Below are positions 48,602 through 57,187 of a stretch of DNA of 64,000 nucleotides, in pieces. Under the pieces are notes generated by a model. It did not search any database. It was not told the origin of the DNA and saw only the letters and a list, made by a program, of their open reading frames with translations. Source of the DNA: Chitinophagales bacterium (GTDB lineage Bacteria > Bacteroidota > Bacteroidia > Chitinophagales > LD1); NCBI GenBank assembly GCA_044228065.1, contig JBGAVP010000006.1, positions 24,077 to 88,076 of the forward strand, given 5' to 3'. The translations under genes and the position numbers were made by a program. Each line of letters opens with the position of its first letter. The stretch's first letter is position 1.

Positions 48602-49561
48602 ATGGCAGCAAACGATAATTTTTTCAATTGGGGGTATGCTATGTGTTTGGCAAAAAACGAAAAATTGCCCAATGCGATTCCCTCTGCACAGCGCATGGCG
48701 TATTATCTTAGTAATATATCAACTTCTGGAGTTGTTCTAAGAGATTACCATGAAGTAACTACTCTTACCGAATCTGAGGTTAACATTAAAACATTAATTG
48801 AGGGAATTATTAATTTGGCGATCACAGCTAAAGCAGGCGATGTAGTTACATTGTATTTCGCTATGCATGGCTACGTAGGAGAGGGAAGCACTCACTACAA
48901 AACACCCGATACAAATTTCTTACTTTTTGATGGTTTGCGATTTAGCGAACGTGAATTGTTTTTTCTTTTGAAACTGTTTGAAACTGATGTGCGAGTAAAT
49001 GTAATAATGGATGTATGCAACAGTGGTACATGGCTTACAGGCTTTCAGCGCGATTCATGTAAAGAAGAACGAGAATTTGATTTTTTTGTAAAATCATTGA
49101 AAGAAAAAGAGTCTGCATTAGCCTTTCAATTAAACCTGTTGAAACCTTATTATTTGGATAAACCATTGGCAGCTACTGTGAATGTTTTTGGTGCTATTGG
49201 TGATTTTTTAAATATAAATGATACTGTTTGTTTGGAGTATTACATTACAAAACTAAAGCTAAAGAAAGGACATTTAAATTTTACGAATCAAGAATTAATA
49301 AAGGAATTAAGAGCGGTAGCATTTGATGTAGTGCTTAGTTTGCCCACAGATAAACCTGGAAGAAATCTTTGGCATACTTACTATAAAGATTATTCTGGGT
49401 CAGTACTAAAATGTATCATTCCCGATATAATGTCTGTTCCAAATTTTGATAATACCAATCCTTATCACTTGCAAGCAATGCAGGCAATTATGCCCAAACT
49501 AACACAACTAGGAGAAAATCATTATAAGTATAAACACAATAATGTTTTTGCTTTAAACTAA
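48602..49561 (+). CDS. caspase/metacaspase-like (clan CD) cysteine protease, paralog 1
   Basis: VTLYFAMHG (His89, nt 48866-48868) and VIMDVCNSG (Cys139, nt 49016-49018) match the metacaspase pattern hfSGHG ... iiDsCHSG with about 50-aa spacing. The preceding block NWGYAMCLAKN...AIPSAQRMAYYL resembles the caspase beta1/helix1. Confidence 0.65.
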   Translation: MAANDNFFNWGYAMCLAKNEKLPNAIPSAQRMAYYLSNISTSGVVLRDYHEVTTLTESEVNIKTLIEGIINLAITAKAGDVVTLYFAMHGYVGEGSTHYKTPDTNFLLFDGLRFSERELFFLLKLFETDVRVNVIMDVCNSGTWLTGFQRDSCKEEREFDFFVKSLKEKESALAFQLNLLKPYYLDKPLAATVNVFGAIGDFLNINDTVCLEYYITKLKLKKGHLNFTNQELIKELRAVAFDVVLSLPTDKPGRNLWHTYYKDYSGSVLKCIIPDIMSVPNFDNTNPYHLQAMQAIMPKLTQLGENHYKYKHNNVFALN

Positions 49562-49570
49562 ATAACAAAG

Positions 49571-50539
49571 ATGGCTGAAGGAGGACAATTTTACAACTGG
49601 GGTTATGGGCTGTGTATAGCTATTAATGATGGTTTACCCAATGCTATACCTTCGGCAAATAATATGGCCAATATGCTATGGAAGCGAAAATCTGGTAGTT
49701 TGGGATTGCAAAGTGATTACTATTCGGTTACTACACTTTATGATGCTGCAGCTACTTATGAAAATGTAATTACTGCCATTTTAGATTTAGCTGCAAAAAG
49801 TATTGCTGGTGATATTGTAACCATTTATTTTGGGTTGCATGGAGAAGCGAGAAGAGGCGAAAATAGAGTTGAAAATTTCAACCGACTTCTTTTGCATGAT
49901 TATAAATTCTTTACTGAAGATGAGTTGTATGCTTTGCTTCGTTTGTTCTCTGAAGATGTACGAGTAGTGGTAGTGATGGATATTTGCCAAAGTGGAACCT
50001 GGTTGAATGAGCTTACTATCAAAGATGATTGTGTTTTGGAAAAAGTATGTAACAGTATGATTAATAAATCGGTGAGTTATAATTGTAGCAAGAGTTTTCA
50101 AAATACGATGGTAAAATTAAAGCCCATGATACTTGCTAGCCCATTGGTATCCACGGTGACTATAATAGGTGCCATTTCTGACTCGATTAATATTTCTGAT
50201 TCCGATTGTTTTGCTAGCTTCTTAACTCAAACTTGGAGTAAAGACGGAAACTTGTGGAAAGATATGGAAAGCCTAATTAGGCGAGTGAGAGAGGTAGCAT
50301 TTGAAAGAATAGTAGATAAGCCTGTGGAAGTAAGTGGTGGTTGTACTCGGTGGAAAATGTATTATGTTGACTATTGTGAACTTGTGTTGAAATGTCCAAT
50401 ATCAGAGGATTACGCCCCTAGTTATGATTACAATAACCAACACCATCAGGATGCTATGCGTCATTTTTTACCAACTATAAATTTTCTTGGACCACACCAC
50501 GATAAATATAGTAGCTACAAGGCCTTTTGTGTAAACTAA
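49571..50539 (+). CDS. caspase/metacaspase-like (clan CD) cysteine protease, paralog 2
   Basis: It aligns with paralogs 1 and 3 over its full length. VTIYFGLHG and VVVMDICQSGTW are conserved. Confidence 0.65.
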   Translation: MAEGGQFYNWGYGLCIAINDGLPNAIPSANNMANMLWKRKSGSLGLQSDYYSVTTLYDAAATYENVITAILDLAAKSIAGDIVTIYFGLHGEARRGENRVENFNRLLLHDYKFFTEDELYALLRLFSEDVRVVVVMDICQSGTWLNELTIKDDCVLEKVCNSMINKSVSYNCSKSFQNTMVKLKPMILASPLVSTVTIIGAISDSINISDSDCFASFLTQTWSKDGNLWKDMESLIRRVREVAFERIVDKPVEVSGGCTRWKMYYVDYCELVLKCPISEDYAPSYDYNNQHHQDAMRHFLPTINFLGPHHDKYSSYKAFCVN

Positions 50540-50551
50540 AGAAGTAGAAAA

Positions 50552-51523
50552 ATGGAAAACGAGTTTAACTTTTACAATTGGGGCTACGGAATGTGTGTGG
50601 CTATTAATGATGGTTTAGATAATGCTATCCCTTCTGCTAACTATTTCAACTATATGCTTTCCCAAAGAGCATCTGGCACATTTGGAGCCATGAGTGATTA
50701 TGCAGAAATTACTAATTTATTCGATGATAATGCTACTTTTGAAAAAGTGTTGTTAGGATTTATTGACCTTGCAATAAAAGCCAAAGCTGGTGATATTGTA
50801 ACTGTTTATTTTGCATTGCATGGTTCTTCTTCTCAAACTTCTAATTCCAGCAGACGAAGCAACAAATTATCTTTAAAAAACACTTACTTGACTGAGGAGG
50901 AGCTTTATCTATTACTCAAGCTCTTTAGGCCAGATGTGCGCGTAGTATTGGTTATGGATATTTGCCAGAGCGGTTCTTGGATTGACACTCCCAATTTAGA
51001 AAGTTGTAAGGAATACGAGGCTTATCAATCATTAAAGAAAAAAGTAGATAGGTTTTGCAGTAAAGCTACTTATCAAACTATCTTAAATTTATACACCGCT
51101 TTTTTACAAACAAAATTAGATGCTACCATAACTGTAATTGGGGCTATAAATGATAGATTAGGTGTAAATGATGATATTTGCTTTGCTACATTTCTAAGAG
51201 CAGTTAGCAGTAAACGTGGTAATTTGAATCTGAATATGGATAATTTGATAAAGGAATTGAGGAGGAGAGCTGTACTAATTATTCAAAATATTGATGGGGA
51301 TTATTGCTATAGAGTGACTGATGATATTAATTTATGGAAGGCTTACTATGCATCTTATTCTGAAATAATATTAAACTGTCCAATGGAATTTAAAGATAGC
51401 CCTTCTTTCCACTCTCAAAATCAACATCACCAAGAGGCGATGCTTCACTTTTTACCAACTGTAAATTTTATAGGTCCTAACCACGAAAAGTATTTTGATA
51501 AAAATGCTTTCTGTGTGAATTGA
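50552..51523 (+). CDS. caspase/metacaspase-like (clan CD) cysteine protease, paralog 3
   Basis: It aligns with paralogs 1 and 2 over its full length. VTVYFALHG and VLVMDICQSGSW are conserved. It shares the C-terminal motif QHHQ.AM.HFLPT.NF.GP.H.KY....AFCVN with paralog 2. Confidence 0.65.
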   Translation: MENEFNFYNWGYGMCVAINDGLDNAIPSANYFNYMLSQRASGTFGAMSDYAEITNLFDDNATFEKVLLGFIDLAIKAKAGDIVTVYFALHGSSSQTSNSSRRSNKLSLKNTYLTEEELYLLLKLFRPDVRVVLVMDICQSGSWIDTPNLESCKEYEAYQSLKKKVDRFCSKATYQTILNLYTAFLQTKLDATITVIGAINDRLGVNDDICFATFLRAVSSKRGNLNLNMDNLIKELRRRAVLIIQNIDGDYCYRVTDDINLWKAYYASYSEIILNCPMEFKDSPSFHSQNQHHQEAMLHFLPTVNFIGPNHEKYFDKNAFCVN

Positions 51524-51560
51524 GGGTAGGTGTTCTGTTTCTACTTTTTAATTGAAACCC

Positions 51561-52229
51561 TTACATTCTCAAAGAAAACTTCAATCCAATAGAAGTTTGA
51601 GGGGCGAGGAAAGTAGTATTGAACTGAATCTCTGGTTCAATATGCAAAGAAAGTTTATCAGTCATATCGTAATGGAATAGATGTCCATCTACAGCAGCAT
51701 CTACTAAATTTAATCCATACCACAATGCCAAACATATTGCTGAAATATCTAGGTATCGTTTATAATAATTACGATAGGTTATGAGCGTTTCAGATTGAGT
51801 GATTCCATTGTAAGAACCTACTGTTGCAGGGTTGCCATCTACTTGTAGACGGTAAGCATTTCTTGCTCCGTAAAAGTTTCTCCCCGTATAATATACTGCA
51901 CAACCTATCCCTGCAAAACCAGCATAAACTATAGGGATTTTCCAATATTTTTTATTGTAAGCTTGCCCTAAACCTGGTAATATAGCAGACATCCAAACTG
52001 CTTTAGAAGCACTATGCTTTTTTTCTTTCTTATTTTTTGAAAGAGTAGTGTCTATACTGCCTGCCGTGAAAGAGTTGGGAATAGAATCGGTCTTATTAAT
52101 CGTAAAAGATAAAGTATCCTTTTTGGGAATTTCTAGAATAGAATCAGTTGTAATAGACTGCGCTTGCACAAATATTGCAACTATTAAAAATGCCAACAGC
52201 ATCCCAATTCTTTTGCTGATTTCAGCCAT
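51561..52229 (-). CDS. DUF5683-domain membrane protein
   Basis: The core AVWMSAILPGLGQAYNKKYWKIPIVYAGFAG is typical of DUF5683, downstream of parB as in many Bacteroidota. The ATG at 52229 gives a signal-like N-terminus. The ORF track extends to a TTG at 52292. Confidence 0.7.
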   Translation of the reverse strand: MAEISKRIGMLLAFLIVAIFVQAQSITTDSILEIPKKDTLSFTINKTDSIPNSFTAGSIDTTLSKNKKEKKHSASKAVWMSAILPGLGQAYNKKYWKIPIVYAGFAGIGCAVYYTGRNFYGARNAYRLQVDGNPATVGSYNGITQSETLITYRNYYKRYLDISAICLALWYGLNLVDAAVDGHLFHYDMTDKLSLHIEPEIQFNTTFLAPQTSIGLKFSLRM

Positions 52230-52292
52230 TCTCTTATAATTTCTTGTAAGAATACTCTTGTAGTTTAAGGAAAATGTGATGTTGTATTTCAA

Positions 52293-53195
52293 TTACAATC
52301 CAGCTAACAATTCAGTTAAGCGTTCTAAATCGGCATCGCTAAAGAACTTAATCGCTATTTCACCTTTCCCTTCTTTGGTTCTTACAATATTTACCTTAGT
52401 ACCTAAAGCAGAGCCTATTTGGTCTTGCATTTTCCGGAGAAATACATCCGATTCAGATTTCTTGGCTGCTAGTTGTATTTTTTTAGGTTTTTCAGACACT
52501 GTGCGGACTAATTCTTCTGTTTGTCTTACGGAAAGCCCTTTGTCTAGCGTTTCTTTAAACAAGGCTAAAAGAGTAGGTAAATGGTCTATAGAGAGCAAAG
52601 CCTTAGCATGCCCCATAGTCAATTTATTATCACGAACAGCAGCTTGAATAGAAGGAGGCAATTTAAGCATTCGTAAAAAATTGGTAACAGTGCTTCTGTT
52701 TTTTCCTAAACGCTCTGCCAGCTTATCTTGCGTAATATCGCATTCATCCATTAATCTTTTGTAGTTGATAGCAATTTCTAAGGGATTTAAATCTTCCCGT
52801 TGAATATTTTCAATCAACGCTATCTCTATAGACTCTTGATCAGAAGCAGTACGTACATAAGCGGGCACTTCTGTTTTGCCTGCCAATTTTGAAGCACGTA
52901 AACGTCTTTCTCCTGCTATTAACTGGTATTTGTTATTCTCTATTTTGCGAACTGTTATCGGCTGAATAACACCATGTATTTTTACAGAATCTGCAAGCTC
53001 TTTTAAGCTCTCCTCTTCAAAGGTAGTTCGTGGTTGAAAAGGATTAACTTCAATTTGGTTTAAGGGTAAATACAACACTACCCCAGCCTGATTTGTAATG
53101 GGATTAACAGTAGTTTTTTTTACTTCTACATTTTTATCATCTGTGAGCAAGGCACTTAGTCCTCTGCCCAATACTTTTTTCTTGTTATCAGTCAT
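52293..53195 (-). CDS. parB: chromosome partitioning protein ParB
   Basis: ParB box GVIQPITVR, the GERRLRA motif and an HTH (TQDKLAERLGKNRSTVTNFLR). Confidence 0.92.
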   Translation of the reverse strand: MTDNKKKVLGRGLSALLTDDKNVEVKKTTVNPITNQAGVVLYLPLNQIEVNPFQPRTTFEEESLKELADSVKIHGVIQPITVRKIENNKYQLIAGERRLRASKLAGKTEVPAYVRTASDQESIEIALIENIQREDLNPLEIAINYKRLMDECDITQDKLAERLGKNRSTVTNFLRMLKLPPSIQAAVRDNKLTMGHAKALLSIDHLPTLLALFKETLDKGLSVRQTEELVRTVSEKPKKIQLAAKKSESDVFLRKMQDQIGSALGTKVNIVRTKEGKGEIAIKFFSDADLERLTELLAGL

Positions 53196-54003
53196 TATCT
53201 ATTAAGTTAAATTCTTTGTTTTCTTCTGGAATATTGGTGGCATTATTTTTTTGTAATAATTCACGAACCATGTTCATGTAGTTAATAGCTCCCTTGCTTT
53301 CTGCATCATACAATATGGCAGGCTTACCAAAACTAGGTGCTTCTCCTAAACGGGTATTTCTATGAATAATTGTCTCGTACACAATATTTTCGAAATGTTT
53401 TTTTATTTCGTCTACTACTTGATTAGAAAGGCGTAAACGGGGGTCATACATAGTCAACAAAATTCCTTCTATTTCTAAATCGGGGTTTAATCTGCTTTGT
53501 ACTATTTTAATGGTGTTTAATAATTTACCTAAACCTTCTAAAGCGAAATATTCACATTGAACGGGTATGATAACAGAGTCAGAAGCAGTCAATGCATTTA
53601 CTGTAATTAAACCCAATGAAGGAGAGCAATCAATGATAATATAATCGTATTCTCCTCTGATTTTCTCCAACATTTTTTTGAAAATCATCTCGCGATTGGG
53701 TTGGTTAATTAGTTCTATTTCTGCTCCTACCAAATCTAAGTGAGATGGCAATAAAAATAGATTGGGAGTTTCTGTTTCCAGAATTATATCTTGAGGCTTT
53801 ACTTCATTAATTAAGCATTCATACAAGCTCGTTTTTACTGTTCGAACATCAAAGCCTACTCCAGAGGTAGCGTTGGCTTGTGGGTCAGCATCTATCAACA
53901 AAGTTTTATATTCTAATACGGCTAAACTAGCGGCTATATTTATAGCACTAGTAGTCTTGCCCACCCCACCTTTTTGGTTTGCTAAAGTGATAACTTTTGC
54001 CAT
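53188..54003 (-). CDS. parA: chromosome partitioning ATPase ParA/Soj
   Basis: Deviant Walker A NQKGGVGKTT, LLIDADPQ and IIIDCSPSLG. It overlaps parB by 8 nt. The ATG at 54003 is preferred over the one at 54030. Confidence 0.92.
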   Translation of the reverse strand: MAKVITLANQKGGVGKTTSAINIAASLAVLEYKTLLIDADPQANATSGVGFDVRTVKTSLYECLINEVKPQDIILETETPNLFLLPSHLDLVGAEIELINQPNREMIFKKMLEKIRGEYDYIIIDCSPSLGLITVNALTASDSVIIPVQCEYFALEGLGKLLNTIKIVQSRLNPDLEIEGILLTMYDPRLRLSNQVVDEIKKHFENIVYETIIHRNTRLGEAPSFGKPAILYDAESKGAINYMNMVRELLQKNNATNIPEENKEFNLIDND

Positions 54004-54067
54004 TTTCTTCTCCGTTTTATTATTTTTCAATCTGTTTAATTTAAGTTGAAATGAATCGGCTTTAAAA

Positions 54068-54751
54068 TCAGAATGTTTTGCTTTCGCCTATAGCCAATAG
54101 GGTTAAAAGTTTATTCATGGCGTCAAATTTACCTTTGGCGTGTTCATGATCTATTTTTATCCAACCAAAAGTATCGTAATGAACCCCTAAAACATGGTCG
54201 CATTCCACAAAATTACTTGCCCATATAGCATCATCTACACCCATTGTAAAGTTATCACCTATAGGAAAAATAGCTAAGTCTAATTTTTTACAAGTGAGTG
54301 GAATTAACTTCATATCCATGGTAAGTGCCGTATCTCCAGAATAGTAGAAAGCCCCTTGCTCATGTTCTATTACAAAACCCATTGGGTTAGCTCCATAGCT
54401 GCCATCTGGAAGGGAACTTGAATGTACTGCATTCACACACTTCACACTTCCAAAATCAAATAAGAATCGGCCACCTGGATTCATGTGGTGTACATTTGTT
54501 ACACCTTGTTTTATTGCCCATTCCACAATTTCATAGCTCGATATTAATTTTGCACCTGATTGTTGGGCAATAGCTACAGCATCTGCTATGTGGTCAAAAT
54601 GACCGTGCGAAATTAGAATGAAGTCAGGCTTCAAGATAGTTATATCAATTGCTTTAGCTAATGGATTTTTAGTAATGAAAGGATCAAACAATAGAGTTTT
54701 ACCATTTACAATTACTGAAAAACACGCATGACCATAATAAGTAAGCTGCAC
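54068..54751 (-). CDS. metal-dependent hydrolase (MBL fold, UPF0173-like)
   Basis: The ISHGHFDH metal-binding motif. The length and overall pattern match the UPF0173 family. Confidence 0.8.
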   Translation of the reverse strand: MQLTYYGHACFSVIVNGKTLLFDPFITKNPLAKAIDITILKPDFILISHGHFDHIADAVAIAQQSGAKLISSYEIVEWAIKQGVTNVHHMNPGGRFLFDFGSVKCVNAVHSSSLPDGSYGANPMGFVIEHEQGAFYYSGDTALTMDMKLIPLTCKKLDLAIFPIGDNFTMGVDDAIWASNFVECDHVLGVHYDTFGWIKIDHEHAKGKFDAMNKLLTLLAIGESKTF

Positions 54752-54839
54752 AGAATTTATTTTTTACAAATATACTTTAGCGACTGGAGTATTGACTTTG
54801 TTATTCTCCACTTTTATACAGTGAAAATGTTTAACTGTA

Positions 54840-54890
54840 TGTGGACAACCGCTCAATTTGTGTGGACATACCTTTGTTATTTGTGGAAAT
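54840..54890. promoter_or_regulatory. three TGTGGA-core (DnaA-box-like) repeats phased at 21 bp, upstream of the hydrolase-parA-parB operon
   Basis: TGTGGACAA (54840), TGTGGACAT (54861) and TGTGGAAAT (54882) are all in the same orientation with 21-nt spacing. They have 1, 2 and 2 mismatches to TGTGGATAA. Confidence 0.35.
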
Positions 54891-54900
54891 GGAATTATAT

Positions 54901-54935
54901 ATAAAAACAAAGCCCCCCAAAATTGGAGGGCTTTG
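54901..54935 (-). terminator. rho-independent terminator after the T9SS cargo gene
   Basis: On the minus strand: CAAAGCCCTCC-AATTTT-GGGGGGCTTTG (one mismatch) followed by TTTTT. Confidence 0.55.
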
Positions 54936-54956
54936 TGAATAACTTAGAAACAAAAA

Positions 54957-57014
54957 TTATTTAGTAATAACCAATTGTTTAGTGGCAGTTTTTTCGCCAT
55001 TTACAATTTTCACAAAATAGCTTCCATTAGCTAAATCGCTCATATTGTATGTTTTGTTGAAATTGCCATTAGCTGTTTCATTGTAGCTTTTTACTTCAGA
55101 ACCTAAAATGTTGTAAACTCTTACAGTAAAATCACCTTTTAATCCATCAGCTTTGATATTTAAAATACCAGAAGTTGGGTTTGGAACAAAAGAAACATTT
55201 GTAATATCAGCAACATCATTGATTCCAACACCTTGTACACCTTTAATGCTTACGATTTTACAAGTTTGTGTAGATTGTCCACCAGAAACGACCGTTAAAC
55301 AAACATTGTATGAAGTATCTTTTCCTGTACTAGGGAATGCGTAATTTACAGTTTGACCAATAGCAGTGTCACCATTTCCAAAATTCCAATAGAAACTTGC
55401 AGGGCTGTTGTTAGCGCTACCAGTGAACTTAACACTTTGCTCTGCTTTTACTGTTCCGAAACCTGGAGTTCTAGAGAAATCACAAGTTAATAGATTAGCA
55501 CCGTGTCCGAAGTTAACACGCATAAATGGAACTAAGCTATTATCCAAAACGAAACCATTGGTATTGCTAGCAGGAGTTGTAGTGGATGTAATATCAATTG
55601 CTCCTACACCACCGTTAGCTACAGCTGAAGTTACATACAAGATATTGCTGTCAGTACTTACATACTCTAAAGAAACTAAATAAATACCTATTGGTAATAC
55701 GCTATTTCCAGATTTAGGGTCAATGCGCATATTTACAGTTTTGAAAGCATTAGTCACTAATTCAGATGCTAATACTTTTCTTACAGATGTAGAACATACA
55801 TATTGTACCGTCAATACACCAGCACCAATTGAGTTTTCATCTACTTTATAAACTACTGCTTTTACTTGGCTATTAGGTACTGTACTGATAGTAAAACCAG
55901 CACCAGCTCCCCAGAATGCAGTTGCAACAGAAGTTACAGTATCAGGATTTACTACTTCAATTAAAGAACCCGCTCTGATAGTTAAACCTTGAGAAGCTCT
56001 GTAAAGAGATACTCCTCCTAAATTTGCACCTGTTGTAACAGAATAAATAGAGTCAGTAACATTAAAAGTTAAGGTATCTGAATTGTTGTAAGGGGTAAAG
56101 TCTACTGAATCTGAAGATGAATTTACTATAGCAGTATATGCTGCTATGCCAGTAGGAAGATACGCTCCATTGATAGAAACAAATGTATCTGCTCCAGCAG
56201 CTAATGCCAAAGGAGTAGAATTAGCAGTAAATACAGTGGCTGCTGCTTTTTTTACATTTACAGTAGCTTTTGTGTTTGGTTGTGTTGTTTTACCGTCATT
56301 TAAAATGCCAGCACCAAAACTAATAGAATCTTGTTGTGATAACGGATACGCAGCATAAGCATTTCCTAATGTTCCACTTAATGCTAATGCATTTGTTTGA
56401 ACTAAATCATTGTTTGGAGATTCAATTAAGTTGATATCATCTATCATCCAATAGTAGTAATCACCTTTAAATGTAAAACGAATCCATACTTTTGGTTGAT
56501 TAGCAGCTACAGAAGAGATATCTAAGCTAATAGCAGTAGGGTTAGCAGAAGCATCATTTACATCTACATCTGTATGAATAGTATCGCTTTTCCAAGTTAA
56601 ACTATCTTTACTGTATGATACAATATGAGTTGCTTGAAACTGACGCATAGAGCTACTAAAAGTCAGTTTTACTTTTGAATACCCAGTACAGCTAATAGCG
56701 GAAGAGGTTAAACTAGCATTGTGAGGTGCAGCTGCAGTACCAGTACCACCTGCGGTAGCACCCTCATCATAGAAATCAGAGTCAAAAAGCATAAATCCAT
56801 TTGCTTTTGTAGCAGAATTGATAACATTACCACTAGAGTAACCACCTTGGGTTCCCGTAGTAGAATAGGTCCAAATTGCAGCAGTAGGGATACCGCTATT
56901 TGTCCAACCAGCAGGAATACCGCCAGCAAAATCTTGGCTGTAAATAACAGCCTGTGCTTGTAATTGAATCCATCCGGACGCCAAAACAAGGGCAAGTGTA
57001 AAGAGTTTTTTCAT
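54957..57014 (-). CDS. T9SS-secreted surface protein (choice-of-anchor-J-like N-domain, PKD domain, T9SS CTD)
   Basis: Has a signal peptide, IYSQDFAGGIPAGWTN, a PKD-like FYWNFGNGDTAIGQTVNYAF and the CTD FVPNPTSGILNIKA...GSYFVKIVNGEK. Confidence 0.75.
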   Translation of the reverse strand: MKKLFTLALVLASGWIQLQAQAVIYSQDFAGGIPAGWTNSGIPTAAIWTYSTTGTQGGYSSGNVINSATKANGFMLFDSDFYDEGATAGGTGTAAAPHNASLTSSAISCTGYSKVKLTFSSSMRQFQATHIVSYSKDSLTWKSDTIHTDVDVNDASANPTAISLDISSVAANQPKVWIRFTFKGDYYYWMIDDINLIESPNNDLVQTNALALSGTLGNAYAAYPLSQQDSISFGAGILNDGKTTQPNTKATVNVKKAAATVFTANSTPLALAAGADTFVSINGAYLPTGIAAYTAIVNSSSDSVDFTPYNNSDTLTFNVTDSIYSVTTGANLGGVSLYRASQGLTIRAGSLIEVVNPDTVTSVATAFWGAGAGFTISTVPNSQVKAVVYKVDENSIGAGVLTVQYVCSTSVRKVLASELVTNAFKTVNMRIDPKSGNSVLPIGIYLVSLEYVSTDSNILYVTSAVANGGVGAIDITSTTTPASNTNGFVLDNSLVPFMRVNFGHGANLLTCDFSRTPGFGTVKAEQSVKFTGSANNSPASFYWNFGNGDTAIGQTVNYAFPSTGKDTSYNVCLTVVSGGQSTQTCKIVSIKGVQGVGINDVADITNVSFVPNPTSGILNIKADGLKGDFTVRVYNILGSEVKSYNETANGNFNKTYNMSDLANGSYFVKIVNGEKTATKQLVITK

Positions 57015-57187
57015 TGTTTAATTTTGTTTTAGAATGCTAATTTATAAATAAGTGTACAAAACAAGTCAAAAAGATGCACGTTTCAAATAAAAATGACAAT
57101 AATTTTACAAATAGGACATCTACTTTGTTAAAAGATATGAACTGCATTTTGACAGGAAAACGGTTCTTTGATTCAAATTAGAAATTA

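Noticed and set aside
44485-51560. I looked for a gasdermin-like (~250 aa) gene, a NACHT/STAND ATPase, TPR-CHAT, or CRISPR/Cas components next to the caspase-like genes.
   Set aside because: No additional ORF of suitable size exists in or beside the operon, and no Walker-type NTPase or repeat-array motif was seen. The locus therefore cannot be assigned to the known caspase-associated systems.
52276-52647. 123-aa plus-strand ORF overlapping parB.
   Set aside because: It is antisense to a clear ParB gene and has no recognisable motif.
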